A DNA stretch of 64,000 nt from an uncultured bacterium (lineage in GTDB: Bacteria; Sysuimicrobiota; Sysuimicrobiia; Sysuimicrobiales; Sysuimicrobiaceae): positions 119,072 through 183,071 of the forward strand of contig CAYTFH010000001.1 in the NCBI GenBank assembly GCA_964437095.1. Direction: 5' to 3'. Numbering within the stretch: the first letter of the stretch is position 1; each line of letters begins with the position of its first letter. Positions 47,898 to 59,059 of this stretch are shown here, one piece after another. Both the position numbers and the translations under genes were made by a program. Below the pieces are notes generated by a model. It ran no database searches, was not told the origin of the DNA, and worked only from the letters and a program-made list of their open reading frames with translations.

Positions 47898-48577
47898 CCC
47901 CTCGTTCCCTCCGCCGCCAGTTCCTCCGCGGCAGCCTCCGCCCAAACCCTCCCGTCCCGCAGGAGCACCACCCGGTCGCAGAGTTGGCGGGCCTCGGAGG
48001 GGGAGCAGGTAGCCACCAGCACGCAGCGGCCGTCCTTCGCCAGGGAGCGCACCACATCCCGCACCGCTCGCACGGTGGGCGCGTCCAGACCGGAGGTGGG
48101 CTCGTCCAACAGGAGGACCGCGGGGTCGTGCAACAGCGCCCGGGCCAGGTGCAGCCGCTGCCGCATCCCCCTGGAGTACGTGGAGGTGGGTTTGCGGCAG
48201 AAGCTCTCCATGCCGAGCCACCGCACCAGCTCGTCGGTGCGGCGCTCCACCTCCTCGGGGTCCAGGCCGTACAGCGCGCCGAAGTACCGCAAGGTCTCCA
48301 CCGCGGAAAGCCGTCCGTACGTGCCGGCCTGCTCCAACACCACGCCCACGCACCTGCGGACCCGCTGCGGGTGCGCGGCCACGTCCCACCCGCACACCCG
48401 GACCTGCCCGCCCGTGGGGCGGGTCAGCCCCGCGGCCACCCGCAGGGTGGTGGTCTTCCCGGCGCCGTTGGGGCCCAGCAGGCCCACCACCTCTCCCGCC
48501 CGGGCGTGGAAGCTGACCCCCCGGAGCACCTCCGCGGCGCCGTAGCGCTTGCGGACCTGCACCAGCTCCACGCTCAC
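47894..48577 (-). CDS. ABC transporter ATP-binding protein
   Basis: Walker A GPNGAGKTT, signature YSRGMRQR, Walker B LLLDEPTSGLD. Confidence 0.85.
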   Translation of the reverse strand: MSVELVQVRKRYGAAEVLRGVSFHARAGEVVGLLGPNGAGKTTTLRVAAGLTRPTGGQVRVCGWDVAAHPQRVRRCVGVVLEQAGTYGRLSAVETLRYFGALYGLDPEEVERRTDELVRWLGMESFCRKPTSTYSRGMRQRLHLARALLHDPAVLLLDEPTSGLDAPTVRAVRDVVRSLAKDGRCVLVATCSPSEARQLCDRVVLLRDGRVWAEAAAEELAAEGTRG

Positions 48578-49755
48578 CACAGTTGGCCGAACAGCTCCGT
48601 GAGGACCCGCACCAGCAGGAGGAAGTTGCTCCAGGGCAAGGACAGGAGGAACACGCCCGCCAGCGCCACGCCGGCCCACCGTCGGACGGTAGAAGGCGGG
48701 GTGACGTCGTCCATGGGGCCGGGGTGGCCGCGGGACAGGAGGAACAGGAGCAGCACCGCCATCAGCCACAACCCCATGAGGAACAGCAACACCACCGCCA
48801 GGTAGGAGCCCCACCGGTGCCAGCGCTCGCCCAGCAGGGCGCGGGTGACGTGGCCGCCGTCCAGGGAGCTGGCGGGCAACAGGTTCACCGCGGTGACGAA
48901 CACGCCGATGACCGCGGCGTCCAGCAGCGGGTCCAGGTACGCCACCACCTCCGGGGACGCGCCGAACCGCCAGCTCACCACGCGGTCCACCACCCAGGGG
49001 AGCCCGAAGGGGAAGCGCGGAAGGGCCAACAGCGGCTCGCAGCTCTCCGGCCTCAGGCCCGGGCAGAGGGCGTGCAGGTCCAGCAGCACGGTGCGCTCCA
49101 GCCCCAGCCACAGCACCGCCGCGGCCACCAGCAGTCCCGCGATGGGCCCTGAAGCCCCCAGGTCGAACAGCCCGTCCCGGTCCGGGGCAGGTTCCCTGGA
49201 GAAGATGACCGCGCCCATGGTCCCCAGGGACATCTCGCCACCCACCAGCAGGGGAGGGAACGGGATGAAGTAGGGCCCGCTGGCCTCGATGCCGTGGACC
49301 TGCGCCGCCAGCTTGTGCCCCAACTCGTGCACCAGCAGGATGGCCATGAGGGCCGCGCTGAAGGTCAGGCCGTCCAGCCACGGGTTGGGCCAGTAGCCCG
49401 CCCGCAGCACCGCGTGGGGCACCTCCCGCAGGACCTGGCTGAACCGCTGCGAGGCCAGGTAGCCCGTGGCGAAGGTGGTGGCCACGGTGGCCAAGAACAG
49501 CGCGGCCACCAGCCACCGGTGGTCCCCGCCCGCCCGGGGCCGGGGAACCAGGTGCAACCACAGCCGCCCCTGGCGGCGGCGCAACAGGGGCGAGTAGCCG
49601 AGGGTCCCCAGCTCCCGGCGCAGGGCCCTGAAACTGGCGCTCACGTGGGGCCCGTCGGAGACCACGAAGCCCACCGCCCCGTCCGCGCGGTGCACTTCCC
49701 GGACGGGGAAGTGGCGCCGCACCACCAGCTCCAGGGGGTCGTCCGCGTACGTCAC
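48574..49755 (-). CDS. site-2 protease family (M50) membrane metalloprotease
   Basis: HELGHKLAA HExxH motif in a TM helix and downstream LDGG motif. Confidence 0.75.
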   Translation of the reverse strand: MTYADDPLELVVRRHFPVREVHRADGAVGFVVSDGPHVSASFRALRRELGTLGYSPLLRRRQGRLWLHLVPRPRAGGDHRWLVAALFLATVATTFATGYLASQRFSQVLREVPHAVLRAGYWPNPWLDGLTFSAALMAILLVHELGHKLAAQVHGIEASGPYFIPFPPLLVGGEMSLGTMGAVIFSREPAPDRDGLFDLGASGPIAGLLVAAAVLWLGLERTVLLDLHALCPGLRPESCEPLLALPRFPFGLPWVVDRVVSWRFGASPEVVAYLDPLLDAAVIGVFVTAVNLLPASSLDGGHVTRALLGERWHRWGSYLAVVLLFLMGLWLMAVLLLFLLSRGHPGPMDDVTPPSTVRRWAGVALAGVFLLSLPWSNFLLLVRVLTELFGQLW

Positions 49756-49807
49756 GTTGCCTCCCGCGGCGCGCGGGTCCGCGCCGCCGGTCCCGTGGTG
49801 CGCCGGC

Positions 49808-50883
49808 TCAGCGCTTGCGCAGGAAGGCCGGCACGTCCAGGTCGTCGATGAACATCTTCACGGGCACCTCCGCGGCCTGGGAAGGCCCGCTGACCGCCCG
49901 TTCGGGGGCCTCCGGGGCGCGCTTGGGCCGGGCCGCGTCGAAGCCCGTGGCGATGACGGTGATCCGCACCTCGTCCCGCAGGCCCTCGTCGATGACCGCG
50001 CCGAAGATGATGTTGGCGTCGGGGTCCGCGGCCTCCGCGATGATCTGAGCCGCTTCGTTCACTTCCACCAGGCCCAGGTCCAGCCCGCCCGTGACGTTCA
50101 GCAGGACGCCCCGGGCGCCGTCCATGGACGTCTCCAGCAACGGGCTGCTGATGGCGGTCCGGGCCGCCCGCACCGCGCGGTCCTCCCCGGAGGCCACGCC
50201 GATGCCGATGAGGGCGGAGCCCGCCTCCGCCATGACCGTGCGCACGTCCGCGAAGTCCAGGTTGATGAGCCCGGGGACGGTGATGAGGTCCGCGATGCCC
50301 TGGACCCCCTGCCGGAGCACGTCGTCGGCCACCCGGAAGGCCTCGATCATGCTCACGCTGCGGTCCACCAGCTGCAGCAACCGGTCGTTGGGGATGGTGA
50401 TGAGGGTGTTGACCTGCTCTTTTAGGTTGCGGATGCCCTCCTCCGCCGCCGCCGCCCGGCGACGCCCCTCGAAGGAGAAGGGCTTGGTCACCACCCCGAT
50501 GGTGAGGGCGCCCTGCTCCCGGGCGATGCGGGCCACCACGGGCGCTCCCCCCGTGCCCGTGCCCCCGCCCATCCCGGCGGTGACGAACACCATGTCCGCG
50601 CCTTCCAGGGCGTCGTAGAGCTCGTCCTTGGTCTCCTCCGCCGCCTGGCGTCCCACCTCGGGGTTCCCTCCGGCCCCGAGGCCGCGGGTGAGCTTGGCCC
50701 CGATGTGGATCTTGCGCTCGGCCTGGGACAGGGCCAGGGCCTGCACGTCGGTGTTGATGGCGATGAACTCCACCCCGCGCAGGCCCGCGGCGATCATGCG
50801 GTTCACCGCGTTGCTCCCGGCCCCGCCCACCCCCACCACCTTGATGGAGGCGAACCGCCGCAGGTCTCGGTCCAAGTGCGCCA
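49808..50883 (-). CDS. ftsZ: cell division GTPase FtsZ
   Basis: [17 protein letters not shown] tubulin signature; SD GGAGGGGGTC + ATG. Confidence 0.95.
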
Positions 50884-50945
50884 TGACCCCCTCCTCGCCT
50901 GCCGTGTTCACCACCCCTCCTTCGGAGGCGTCGCCCTGCCCTCCT

Positions 50946-52181
50946 TCACTCCCCGTGCAACACGCCGCGCACCCACGCCCGCAGCCGGCCCCACAGGGCG
51001 CCGTTCCGCTCCGGCCGCGTGCTCCCGCGCCGGTCCTGGCGGGCGCCGTACAGCACCAGCCCCACCGCGGTGGCGAAGGCGGGGCTGGCCACCGCGTCCG
51101 CCAGGCCCACCACACCCGCGGGGTAGCCCACCCGGGCGGGCAGCCCCAGCCGCTCGCTGGCCAGCTCGGGGAAGCCCCGCAGCAGCGCGGTCCCGCCCGT
51201 GAGCACCACCCCCGCGGGCACCCGCCGTGCCAGCTCGGGACGTCCCAGCTGCGCGGCCACCAGGCTCAGGATCTCCTCCACCCGGGGCTGGATGATCTCG
51301 CACAGGTGGCGGCGGGGCAGCACCCGCGGCTCCCGCTCGCCCACCCCCAGGACCTCCACCAGCTCACCCTCGCTGGCGGCGTGCACGGAAGCGGCTCCGT
51401 GCCGCACCTTCAGCTTCTCCGCCTCGGGCAGGGGGGTGCGCAGGCCGAAGGCGATGTCGTGGGTGATGTGGTTTCCGCCCACCGGCAGCACCACCGTGTG
51501 GACCAGACCGCCCGCGTGGAACACCCCCAGGCTGGTGGTCCCCCCTCCCACGTCACACACCACCACTCCCAGCTCGCGTTCCGCGGGGGACAGCACCGCC
51601 TCCGCGGACGCCAGGGGTTCCAGCACCATCTCCTCCACTTCCAGCCCTGCCCGGTGCACGCACTTCACCAGGTTGGCGAGGAAGGTGCTGGTGCCCGTGA
51701 CGATGTGCGCCTCCACCTCCAGGCGCGTGCCGTACATGCCCACGGGGTTGCGCACCCCGTCCTGGCCGTCCACCACGAAGCCCCGGGGCAACAGGTGGAT
51801 GATCTCCCGGTCGGGCGCGGGAATGGCGGCCATCCGCGCGGCTTCCACCACCCGCTCCACGTCCTGCGGGCTGATCTCCCGGTCGCTGCGGGAGACCGCC
51901 ACCACCCCGCGGCTGTTCTGGGAAGCGATGTGCTCCCCCGAGACCGACAGGTAGACGGACCGGATCGTCTGGCCCGACATGCGCTCCGCGCGCTCCACCG
52001 CTTCCGTCAGGGCGCGGGTGGTGGCGTCCAGGTCCGTCACCACCCCGCGGCGCACGCCCGCGCACGGCACGGTGCCCACGCCCGCCACGTGCACCTCGCC
52101 ATCCTCGTCCACCTCACCCACCAGGGCGCACACCTTCGTGGTGCCGATGTCCAGCCCCACCAGGGAACCCTTCTTCGGCAC
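50946..52181 (-). CDS. ftsA: cell division protein FtsA
   Basis: Actin-like ATPase: [26 protein letters not shown] + GTG. Confidence 0.9.
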   Translation of the reverse strand: MPKKGSLVGLDIGTTKVCALVGEVDEDGEVHVAGVGTVPCAGVRRGVVTDLDATTRALTEAVERAERMSGQTIRSVYLSVSGEHIASQNSRGVVAVSRSDREISPQDVERVVEAARMAAIPAPDREIIHLLPRGFVVDGQDGVRNPVGMYGTRLEVEAHIVTGTSTFLANLVKCVHRAGLEVEEMVLEPLASAEAVLSPAERELGVVVCDVGGGTTSLGVFHAGGLVHTVVLPVGGNHITHDIAFGLRTPLPEAEKLKVRHGAASVHAASEGELVEVLGVGEREPRVLPRRHLCEIIQPRVEEILSLVAAQLGRPELARRVPAGVVLTGGTALLRGFPELASERLGLPARVGYPAGVVGLADAVASPAFATAVGLVLYGARQDRRGSTRPERNGALWGRLRAWVRGVLHGE

Positions 52182-52299
52182 CTCCGACCTCCCGTCCCCG
52201 CGCAACTTCGTGCAAGGAAATGGCCGTTTGCTTCTCCAAGGTCTTCTGCGGTGGGCTGCCGACTCCTGCCGGGAACGTGCGGAGTCCCCGGACTTCCCT

Positions 52300-53070
52300 T
52301 CACGGTGCCGGGTGCACCACCGCCCGGTCCCGGAACCGCACGTCCACCACCGCCGCCCGTACCCCCCGGACGTGCAGGGCGCGGGCCACCTCCCGCGCCG
52401 CGGGCAGGCCCCACGCCAGGTCGCCCGCCAAGACCCGCACCACCAGCCCCTGCTGGGTCCCCACCGCGTAGTCCCCGCCCGGGAGCCACCGCGCCCACCG
52501 GATCTGGGCCCGTTCTCCTTCCGGGAGGGCTGCGAGTTCCGCCACCAGCTGCACCACCCCGGCCGAGGGAACCGCTTCCCCGGGCAGCACCCACGGCAGT
52601 GGAGGGGCGAAGACCACGGGCAGGTTCCACGGGCGGGAAGTCCTCTCCAGGACCACGCCCCTGCCGTCCACCAGGACCTGGGTGTGGTCCTGCAGGCGCA
52701 GCACCGCCCGAGGTGTCCGCTCCCAGACCCGCACCACCACCCGGGACGGCCACCGCACCTCCACCTGAGCTTCCTCCACCCACGGCCAGCGCAGCAGCCG
52801 CCTTCGGGCGTGTTCCGGATCCACCGACGCCAGGGGCACGCCCGGCGCGAGCCCTGCGGAGGCCAGCAGCCTCTGCGGGTCCAACGCGCGCGCGCCGTGC
52901 ACCTCCAGCTCCCGCACGGAGAGGGCGGAGGAGGCCGGCAGGCTCGCCACGGCGCACAGGGCGCTGGTGAGGGTCCAAAGCCGCAGCACCCGCACCCACG
53001 GCAGGACCCCGTCCTCCCGCGGGCCTCCGCCGGCGCCCCCGCGTGTGGGCAGGTTCCGCTCGGTACCCAC
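52300..53070 (-). CDS. ftsQ: cell division protein FtsQ/DivIB (POTRA)
   Basis: N-terminal TM helix then POTRA-like region; sits between murB and ftsA as in conserved dcw clusters. Confidence 0.7.
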   Translation of the reverse strand: MGTERNLPTRGGAGGGPREDGVLPWVRVLRLWTLTSALCAVASLPASSALSVRELEVHGARALDPQRLLASAGLAPGVPLASVDPEHARRRLLRWPWVEEAQVEVRWPSRVVVRVWERTPRAVLRLQDHTQVLVDGRGVVLERTSRPWNLPVVFAPPLPWVLPGEAVPSAGVVQLVAELAALPEGERAQIRWARWLPGGDYAVGTQQGLVVRVLAGDLAWGLPAAREVARALHVRGVRAAVVDVRFRDRAVVHPAP

Positions 53071-53994
53071 TCAGAACTCCCCCACCAGCTGCACTTCCAA
53101 CTCCAGCTCCACCTGGAAGGTCCGCCGCACCCGCTCCCGGATCCGTTCCACCAGGCGCAGCACGTCCTCCGCCCGCCCATCCCCCGTGTTCACCACGTAG
53201 TTGGCGTGCAGGGTGGACACCTCCACCCCGCCCTCCCGCATGCCCTTGGCCCCGCACAGCTCGATCAGCCGCCCCGCCGCGTCCCCCGGCGGGTTTCGGA
53301 ACACGCACCCGGAGGACGGGAGCTTTACGGGCTGCGTGGCGCCCCGCTGCTCCAGCCAGCGCTGGGTGCGCTCCAGGACCTCCTGCGCCGAAGCCGCCCC
53401 CAGCTCCAGCTCCACCTCCACCACCACGCCCGCTTCCCGCTGCAGCCTGCTGGTCCGGTACCCGAACCCCAGCGCCTCCGCGGGCCATCGCTCTTCTCCC
53501 CGGGGCCGCACCACCCGCACCGCCCGCACCACCTCCGCCAGGCTGTGGCCGTGGGCGCCCGCGTTCATCACCACGCCGCCGCCCACCGAGCCCGGAATCC
53601 CCGCGGCGAACTCCAACCCGGCGAGGCCCCGGCTGGCGGCCCGCAGGCTCAGCCTCGGCAGGCCCGCGCCCGCCTCCGCCACCACGCGGCTTCCGTCCCA
53701 CCGGACGCGGTCCAGCCCTCCCGCCACCTTCACCACCACCCCGCGCACGCCCCGGTCGGACACCAACACGTTGGAGCCGCGTCCCAGCACCACGAAGGGT
53801 TCTGCGCGCTCGTACAGCCACGCCGCCACCGCTCGCAGCTCGTCCCCGCTGCGCGGGACCACCAACACGTCCGCGGGGCCGCCGATGCGGAAGGTGGTGT
53901 GGCGGCGCAGGGGCTCACCGCACCGCACGTCGCGGCAGAGTCTACGCAGGGCCTGGGCCAAGCGTTCCACGGACGCGGACGCCGCGGCCTTCAC
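53071..53994 (-). CDS. murB: UDP-N-acetylenolpyruvoylglucosamine reductase
   Basis: FAD-binding TTFRIGGPAD...GRGSNVL...; C-terminal ...SGCVFRNP. Confidence 0.9.
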   Translation of the reverse strand: MKAAASASVERLAQALRRLCRDVRCGEPLRRHTTFRIGGPADVLVVPRSGDELRAVAAWLYERAEPFVVLGRGSNVLVSDRGVRGVVVKVAGGLDRVRWDGSRVVAEAGAGLPRLSLRAASRGLAGLEFAAGIPGSVGGGVVMNAGAHGHSLAEVVRAVRVVRPRGEERWPAEALGFGYRTSRLQREAGVVVEVELELGAASAQEVLERTQRWLEQRGATQPVKLPSSGCVFRNPPGDAAGRLIELCGAKGMREGGVEVSTLHANYVVNTGDGRAEDVLRLVERIRERVRRTFQVELELEVQLVGEF

Positions 53995-55337
53995 CCGCCC
54001 ACCTCCTCCGCCAGCCGCCGGGCCACCCGCCACACGTCGCCCGCACCCAAGGTGGCCACCACGTCCTCCGGCCCCACGGACCGCAGCAGCAGGGGGACCA
54101 CGTCGTCCAGCTCCGGGACCCACCGCACCCGGGGGTGGCGCAGGCAGTCCGCGATGAGTTTGCCCGTAACCCCTGGCTCCGGCGGCTCGTCCGCGGGGTA
54201 CAGCTCCGTCACCACCACCTCGTCCGCGTCCGCGAAGGCGTCCGCGTACTGGCGGTACGTGGTCCGGGTCCGGGAGTACCGGTGCGGCTGGAACACCGCC
54301 ACGATGCGCCGGCCCGGCCACGCCTCCCGCAGCGCCCGCAGAAGGGCGCGGATTTTCACGGGGTTGTGGGCGTAGTCGTCCACCACCAGGGGCGCGTGGC
54401 AGACGACCTCGAACCTCCGCCGCACCCCCAAAAACCGCTCCAGGGCTTTCGCCATGGCCTCGAAGGGCGCGCCCAGCTCCAGCCCCACGGCCACCGCGGC
54501 GGTGGCGTTGGCCACGTTGTGCCGGCCCGGCAGCTGCAACCGCACTTCGCCCACGGGGCGGCCGAAGCGTTCCAACACGAACGTGCAACCGGCACCGTGC
54601 ACCCGGACATCTCGGCCTCGGTAGTCCCCCGCCTCCAGCCCGTAGGTGAGGACCTTGCCGGGAGCGCAGCCGCGCAGGCGGCGGGCGTTGGGGCAGTCCG
54701 CGCACAGCAGCACCACACCCTGCGGGTGGGTCCGGGACAGGAAGCGGCCGAAGGTCACCAGCAAGGAGTCCAGGTCCGCGTAGTGGTCCGCGTGGTCGGT
54801 GAGGTCCAGGCTGGTGACCACCGCGGAGCGTACCTGGACGTGCACCAGGGACCCGTCGCTTTCGTCCACCTCCGCCACCGCCACCCCGCGGCCCACCCGC
54901 GCACCTCCTCCGAACTCCCTCACCTCCCCACCCACCACCGCGGTGGGATCCAACCCCGCGGCCTCCAGGGCCACGGCCAGCAGGGCGGTGGTGGTGGTCT
55001 TGCCGTGGGTGCCGGCCACGCCCACGGAGTCCCGCTCACCCGCCAACAGCTCCGACAGCACCTCCGCCCTGTGGGACACGGGGATCCCGCGGCCCCGCGC
55101 GGCTGTCAGTTCCTCGGTGGTGGGCGGCACCGCGCGGGAGACCACCAGCCGCCGCACCCCGGCCAGGTGGTCGGGGGAGTGCCCCAACGCCACTTCCACG
55201 CCCAACCATCTCAGCCGCCGCACTCCGCCGCCGTCCCTCCGGTCGCAGCCGGACACCCGCGCCCCGCGCCGCGCGTACACCTCCGCCAGGGGAGCCATGC
55301 CTGAGCCGCCCGCGCCCACGAAGTGCAGGTCAGCCAC
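53991..55337 (-). CDS. murC: UDP-N-acetylmuramate--L-alanine ligase
   Basis: HFVGAGGSGM, GTHGKTTTT Mur ligase motifs; SD AGGAGG + GTG. Confidence 0.9.
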   Translation of the reverse strand: MADLHFVGAGGSGMAPLAEVYARRGARVSGCDRRDGGGVRRLRWLGVEVALGHSPDHLAGVRRLVVSRAVPPTTEELTAARGRGIPVSHRAEVLSELLAGERDSVGVAGTHGKTTTTALLAVALEAAGLDPTAVVGGEVREFGGGARVGRGVAVAEVDESDGSLVHVQVRSAVVTSLDLTDHADHYADLDSLLVTFGRFLSRTHPQGVVLLCADCPNARRLRGCAPGKVLTYGLEAGDYRGRDVRVHGAGCTFVLERFGRPVGEVRLQLPGRHNVANATAAVAVGLELGAPFEAMAKALERFLGVRRRFEVVCHAPLVVDDYAHNPVKIRALLRALREAWPGRRIVAVFQPHRYSRTRTTYRQYADAFADADEVVVTELYPADEPPEPGVTGKLIADCLRHPRVRWVPELDDVVPLLLRSVGPEDVVATLGAGDVWRVARRLAEEVGG

Positions 55338-56415
55338 GGGTGCCCTCCTGGGCCGCCTCCAGGACGTGCCCCCACACCGCCCGGGCCGCGTCCGGACGGC
55401 CCAGGAACCGGGCCGCCTCGGCCATGCGAAGCAGGCGCGGCCGGTTGTCCAACAGCTGTTCCAGCACATCCGCCAGACGTTCTCCCGTGAGCTGCTCCTC
55501 TTCCAGCACCACCGCGGCACCGGCTTCCTGCAGGGCCTGAGCGTTGTGGCGCTGGTGGCCGGACGCCAACCGGAGGGGGACCAACACCGAGGGCAGCCCG
55601 TTGGCCAACAGCTCGGCGCAGGTGGAAGCGCCGGCCCGCGCCACCACCAGGTGCGCCGCGGCGTACGCGTCCCCCACGGGGTCCAGGTAGTCCACCGCGC
55701 GGTACAGCACGGATCCCGAGGGCGCGGTGCCGTTCAACCCCGCCCGCGCCCGGCCGGTGGCGTGGAGCACCTGCAGGTCCTGGCGGTGCGCCAGGCGCGC
55801 CACGGCCTCCTGCACCGCGCGGTTCAGGGCCCGCGCGCCCTGGCTTCCGCCCACCACCAGCACCGTGGTACGTTCTGCCTCCAGCCCGTAGGCCTTCCGG
55901 GCCCGCTGGGGGTCTCCTCCCAGGGCTGCGCGGCGCACCGGGGCTCCGGTCCACACCGCCTTGCTCCCCAGGAGGTCCACCGTTTTGGAGAAGGCCACGC
56001 ACACCAGCCGGGCCCGGTGCGCCAGAGCGCGGGTGGCCAGACCCGGAACCAGGTTCGGCTCCACCAGCACCACGGGCACTCCGAGGCTCTGGGCCGCCCG
56101 GGCCGCGGGGTAACCCGCGTACCCGCCCGTGGACAGCACCGCGTGGGGCCGCAGAGCGCAGAGCAGGCGGCGCGCCCGCACCACGCCCGCCGCCACCCGG
56201 AGCAGGTTGCGGGCACCCCCCAAGGGCCCCTTGCCCACCACCCCCCCTGCGGGGACGCGGTGGAAGGCGATCCCACACCGAGGCACCAGTTCCCGTTCGA
56301 GACCATCCGAACCGATGAACACGAACTCCGCCTCCCCGCCGGCCACCTCCGCCACCGCCAGCAGCGGGTACACGTGGCCGCCCGTGCCGCCTCCCGCCAG
56401 CACCACCCGCGGCAT
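55330..56415 (-). CDS. murG: undecaprenyldiphospho-muramoylpentapeptide beta-N-acetylglucosaminyltransferase
   Basis: GGTGGHVYP N-terminus; GT-B C-terminus ...GGSQGA... Confidence 0.9.
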   Translation of the reverse strand: MPRVVLAGGGTGGHVYPLLAVAEVAGGEAEFVFIGSDGLERELVPRCGIAFHRVPAGGVVGKGPLGGARNLLRVAAGVVRARRLLCALRPHAVLSTGGYAGYPAARAAQSLGVPVVLVEPNLVPGLATRALAHRARLVCVAFSKTVDLLGSKAVWTGAPVRRAALGGDPQRARKAYGLEAERTTVLVVGGSQGARALNRAVQEAVARLAHRQDLQVLHATGRARAGLNGTAPSGSVLYRAVDYLDPVGDAYAAAHLVVARAGASTCAELLANGLPSVLVPLRLASGHQRHNAQALQEAGAAVVLEEEQLTGERLADVLEQLLDNRPRLLRMAEAARFLGRPDAARAVWGHVLEAAQEGTRG

Positions 56416-57596
56416 CACCCTGCCCCCCGGGGCGCGGGGGAAGCGGGCCAGCGGGCGTACACGTCCGCCGGACGCACCGCCCGCGCGTACTGGGACAGGT
56501 TCAGGCAAACGCCCGAGGCGGCCATGAGGACCACCAGGGAAGAACCGCCGAAGCTCACGAAGGGGAGCGGCACCCCCGTGACGGGCAGGAGGCCCGTGGC
56601 CACGCCCATGTTCAACACCGCCTGCCCCGCCACCCAAGACCCCACACCCGTGGCCAGGAGGGCGCCGTACCGATCCGGAGCCCGCAGGGCGGCACGGAAG
56701 GTGCGCGCCACGAACACGCCATACAGGGCCAGCACCACGGCCACGCCCACCAGGCCCAGCTCCTCCGCGAGGATGGCGAAGATGAAGTCCGTGTGCCGCT
56801 CGGGCAGGTAGAAGAACTTCTGCCGGCTCTGGCCCAAGCCCACGCCCACCACACCCCCGGAGGCCACGGCCACCAAGGACTGGATGATGTGGAAGCCGCT
56901 GCCCAGGGCGTCCCGCCAGGGGTCCAGGAAGGCCAACAGCCGCTGGCGCCGGTACGCCTCCCCCAGGGCCACCCACAGGGCCACGGGCGCGGCGGCCGCC
57001 GCCACGGCCACCAGGTGCAGCAGCCGAGCCCCCGCACCGAACAGCACGGCTCCGGTGACGCCCGCCAGCACCACGGCGCTGCCCATGTCCGGTTGCCGCA
57101 GCGCCAGGGCGGAAAACCCCGCGGTGACCAGCAAGGGCGGGCCGAGCCCCTGCAGGAACCGGCCCACGCGCTCGCCGCGGTTGGCCAGGAAGTGCGCCAG
57201 GTACAGGACCAGGCTGAACTTGGCCAGCTCCACGGGCTGCACGCTCAACGGACCCACCACGATCCACCGCCGCGCGCCCCCCGCCACGTCCCCCACCCCG
57301 GGGACCAGCACCGCCGCCATGAGCACCAGGGCGGTGCCCAAAAGAGGCAGGGCCAAGGTTCGCCAGGCGGTGTAGTGGATGCGGGAGGCCACGGTCATGG
57401 CGCCGCAGCCCAACACGAACCACACCAGCTGCCTCTTCAGGAAGTACGCGGCGTCGCCGAACCGCTCGAAGGCCACCACGGAACTGGAGCTGTACACCAT
57501 CACCAACCCCACACCGCACAGACCCAGCACACTGGCCACCAGCCAGCCGTCCGGCCATCCCCGGTGGATCTCGTGGGGAGGAGCCTGCCGCGTCAA
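56415..57596 (-). CDS. ftsW: SEDS-family lipid II flippase / peptidoglycan polymerase FtsW
   Basis: Ten TM SEDS topology; TTG overlaps the murD TGA. Confidence 0.85.
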   Translation of the reverse strand: MTRQAPPHEIHRGWPDGWLVASVLGLCGVGLVMVYSSSSVVAFERFGDAAYFLKRQLVWFVLGCGAMTVASRIHYTAWRTLALPLLGTALVLMAAVLVPGVGDVAGGARRWIVVGPLSVQPVELAKFSLVLYLAHFLANRGERVGRFLQGLGPPLLVTAGFSALALRQPDMGSAVVLAGVTGAVLFGAGARLLHLVAVAAAAAPVALWVALGEAYRRQRLLAFLDPWRDALGSGFHIIQSLVAVASGGVVGVGLGQSRQKFFYLPERHTDFIFAILAEELGLVGVAVVLALYGVFVARTFRAALRAPDRYGALLATGVGSWVAGQAVLNMGVATGLLPVTGVPLPFVSFGGSSLVVLMAASGVCLNLSQYARAVRPADVYARWPASPAPRGAG

Positions 57597-59059
57597 CGCC
57601 TCCGCCTCCCGTGCTGGGCCACCAGCGCCGCGAACACCTCCGCGCGCTCCCGGTAGTCCGCGAACTGGTCGAAGGACTCGCAGCCCGGGGACAGGAGCAC
57701 CGCCTCCCCGGGCCGGGCCAGCTGGACCGCGCGCCGGAAGGCCTGGGTCAGGGTCTTGGTCTCCAGGACTTCCGCGGGGATGCCCCGCAGGGCTTCCCGC
57801 AGGAGGGGGGCGCACTCTCCGATGAGGTACACGGCCCGCACGGGGCTCGCGGCCAGCGCCTCCCGCATGGGCGAGAAGTCGTCGGTTGTGGCCCGGGGCC
57901 TGCGCCCGCCCGCGATGAGCACGAAGGGTCGGTCCATGGCCCGCACCGCGGCTGCGGCGGCCGCGGGGTTGGTGGCCAGGGAGTCCTCGTAGAAGCGCAC
58001 GCCCGCCACCTGGTCCACCAGCCACAGCCGGTGCGGAAGGCCCCGGAACTCCCTCAGCACCCGCGCCATGGCCTCCACCGTGGCACCCGCCACGCCCGCG
58101 GCCGTACACGCCGCCAGGGCGTTGGCGACCGTGTGGGGCCCGGGGACTTGCAGCTCGCCCACGTTCACCACGGTCTGGTCCCGCCAGCGGATCCACCCCC
58201 CGTCCAGCCACGCGCCCTCCCGGGCCGCGCGGCCGAAGGGCACCACCCGGGAGGGCGCCTGCCGCGCCAGCGCCCACACCACGGGGTCATCCGCGTTGGC
58301 CACCAGCACGTCCTGCGGCCTTTGGTGGCGGAACACGTTGGCCTTACAGGACACGTACGCTTCGAAGCTGCCGTGGTCGTCCAGGTGGTGGGGGCTGAGG
58401 TTGGTGATCACCGCCACGTGAGGGCTGCGCCAGACGCCCAGCAGCTGCCGGTTGCTGAGCTCCAGGACCAGCCGGTCTTCCGGGGTGAGGTGGTGCAGGA
58501 AGTACACCGCGGGGACGTGGCTGCGGTCGTTGCCGCTGGCGTACGCCCGCAGTCCTGAGGCGGCCAGCATGCGGTGCACCAACGTCACCACGGTGAACTT
58601 GCCGTTGGTGCCGGTGACCCCCACCACGGGGCACGGGGCCAACTCCAGGACCAGCTGGGTGAGGCTGTGGCCGCGGACCCCTCGGCCCAGGACGTCCTTT
58701 ACGGCTGCGTTCTCCGGCCTGCGGAACCACGCCTGGGGGAGGAACACCACCTGGGCGTCCCCGATCCCCTCCAGGTACCGGTCCCGCCACCGCACGGGCT
58801 GTTGGAGCCACCACCGGATCCGTTCGGCCTGCTGGGAGGGCTCCATCCACGGGTGCGTGCGGCGGAAGGTCTCCGGGAACGACTCGGGGGTCTGCAGGTC
58901 GTGGCAGGCGGGCTGCATTCCCTGAGCCACCAAGAACTCCGCCACCGCGGACCCCTCGGTGCCGCTGATCCCCAGCACGTGCACCGCTCGACCCCGCAGC
59001 GCCTCCACGGCGGGGTGGTGGATCCGGGCCGGCCAGAGCGTTCCGTCCGCCACCTTCAC
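57593..59059 (-). CDS. murD: UDP-N-acetylmuramoylalanine--D-glutamate ligase
   Basis: GVTGTNGKFT P-loop, Mur ligase middle and C-terminal domains; GTG overlaps the mraY TGA. Confidence 0.9.
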   Translation of the reverse strand: MKVADGTLWPARIHHPAVEALRGRAVHVLGISGTEGSAVAEFLVAQGMQPACHDLQTPESFPETFRRTHPWMEPSQQAERIRWWLQQPVRWRDRYLEGIGDAQVVFLPQAWFRRPENAAVKDVLGRGVRGHSLTQLVLELAPCPVVGVTGTNGKFTVVTLVHRMLAASGLRAYASGNDRSHVPAVYFLHHLTPEDRLVLELSNRQLLGVWRSPHVAVITNLSPHHLDDHGSFEAYVSCKANVFRHQRPQDVLVANADDPVVWALARQAPSRVVPFGRAAREGAWLDGGWIRWRDQTVVNVGELQVPGPHTVANALAACTAAGVAGATVEAMARVLREFRGLPHRLWLVDQVAGVRFYEDSLATNPAAAAAAVRAMDRPFVLIAGGRRPRATTDDFSPMREALAASPVRAVYLIGECAPLLREALRGIPAEVLETKTLTQAFRRAVQLARPGEAVLLSPGCESFDQFADYRERAEVFAALVAQHGRRRR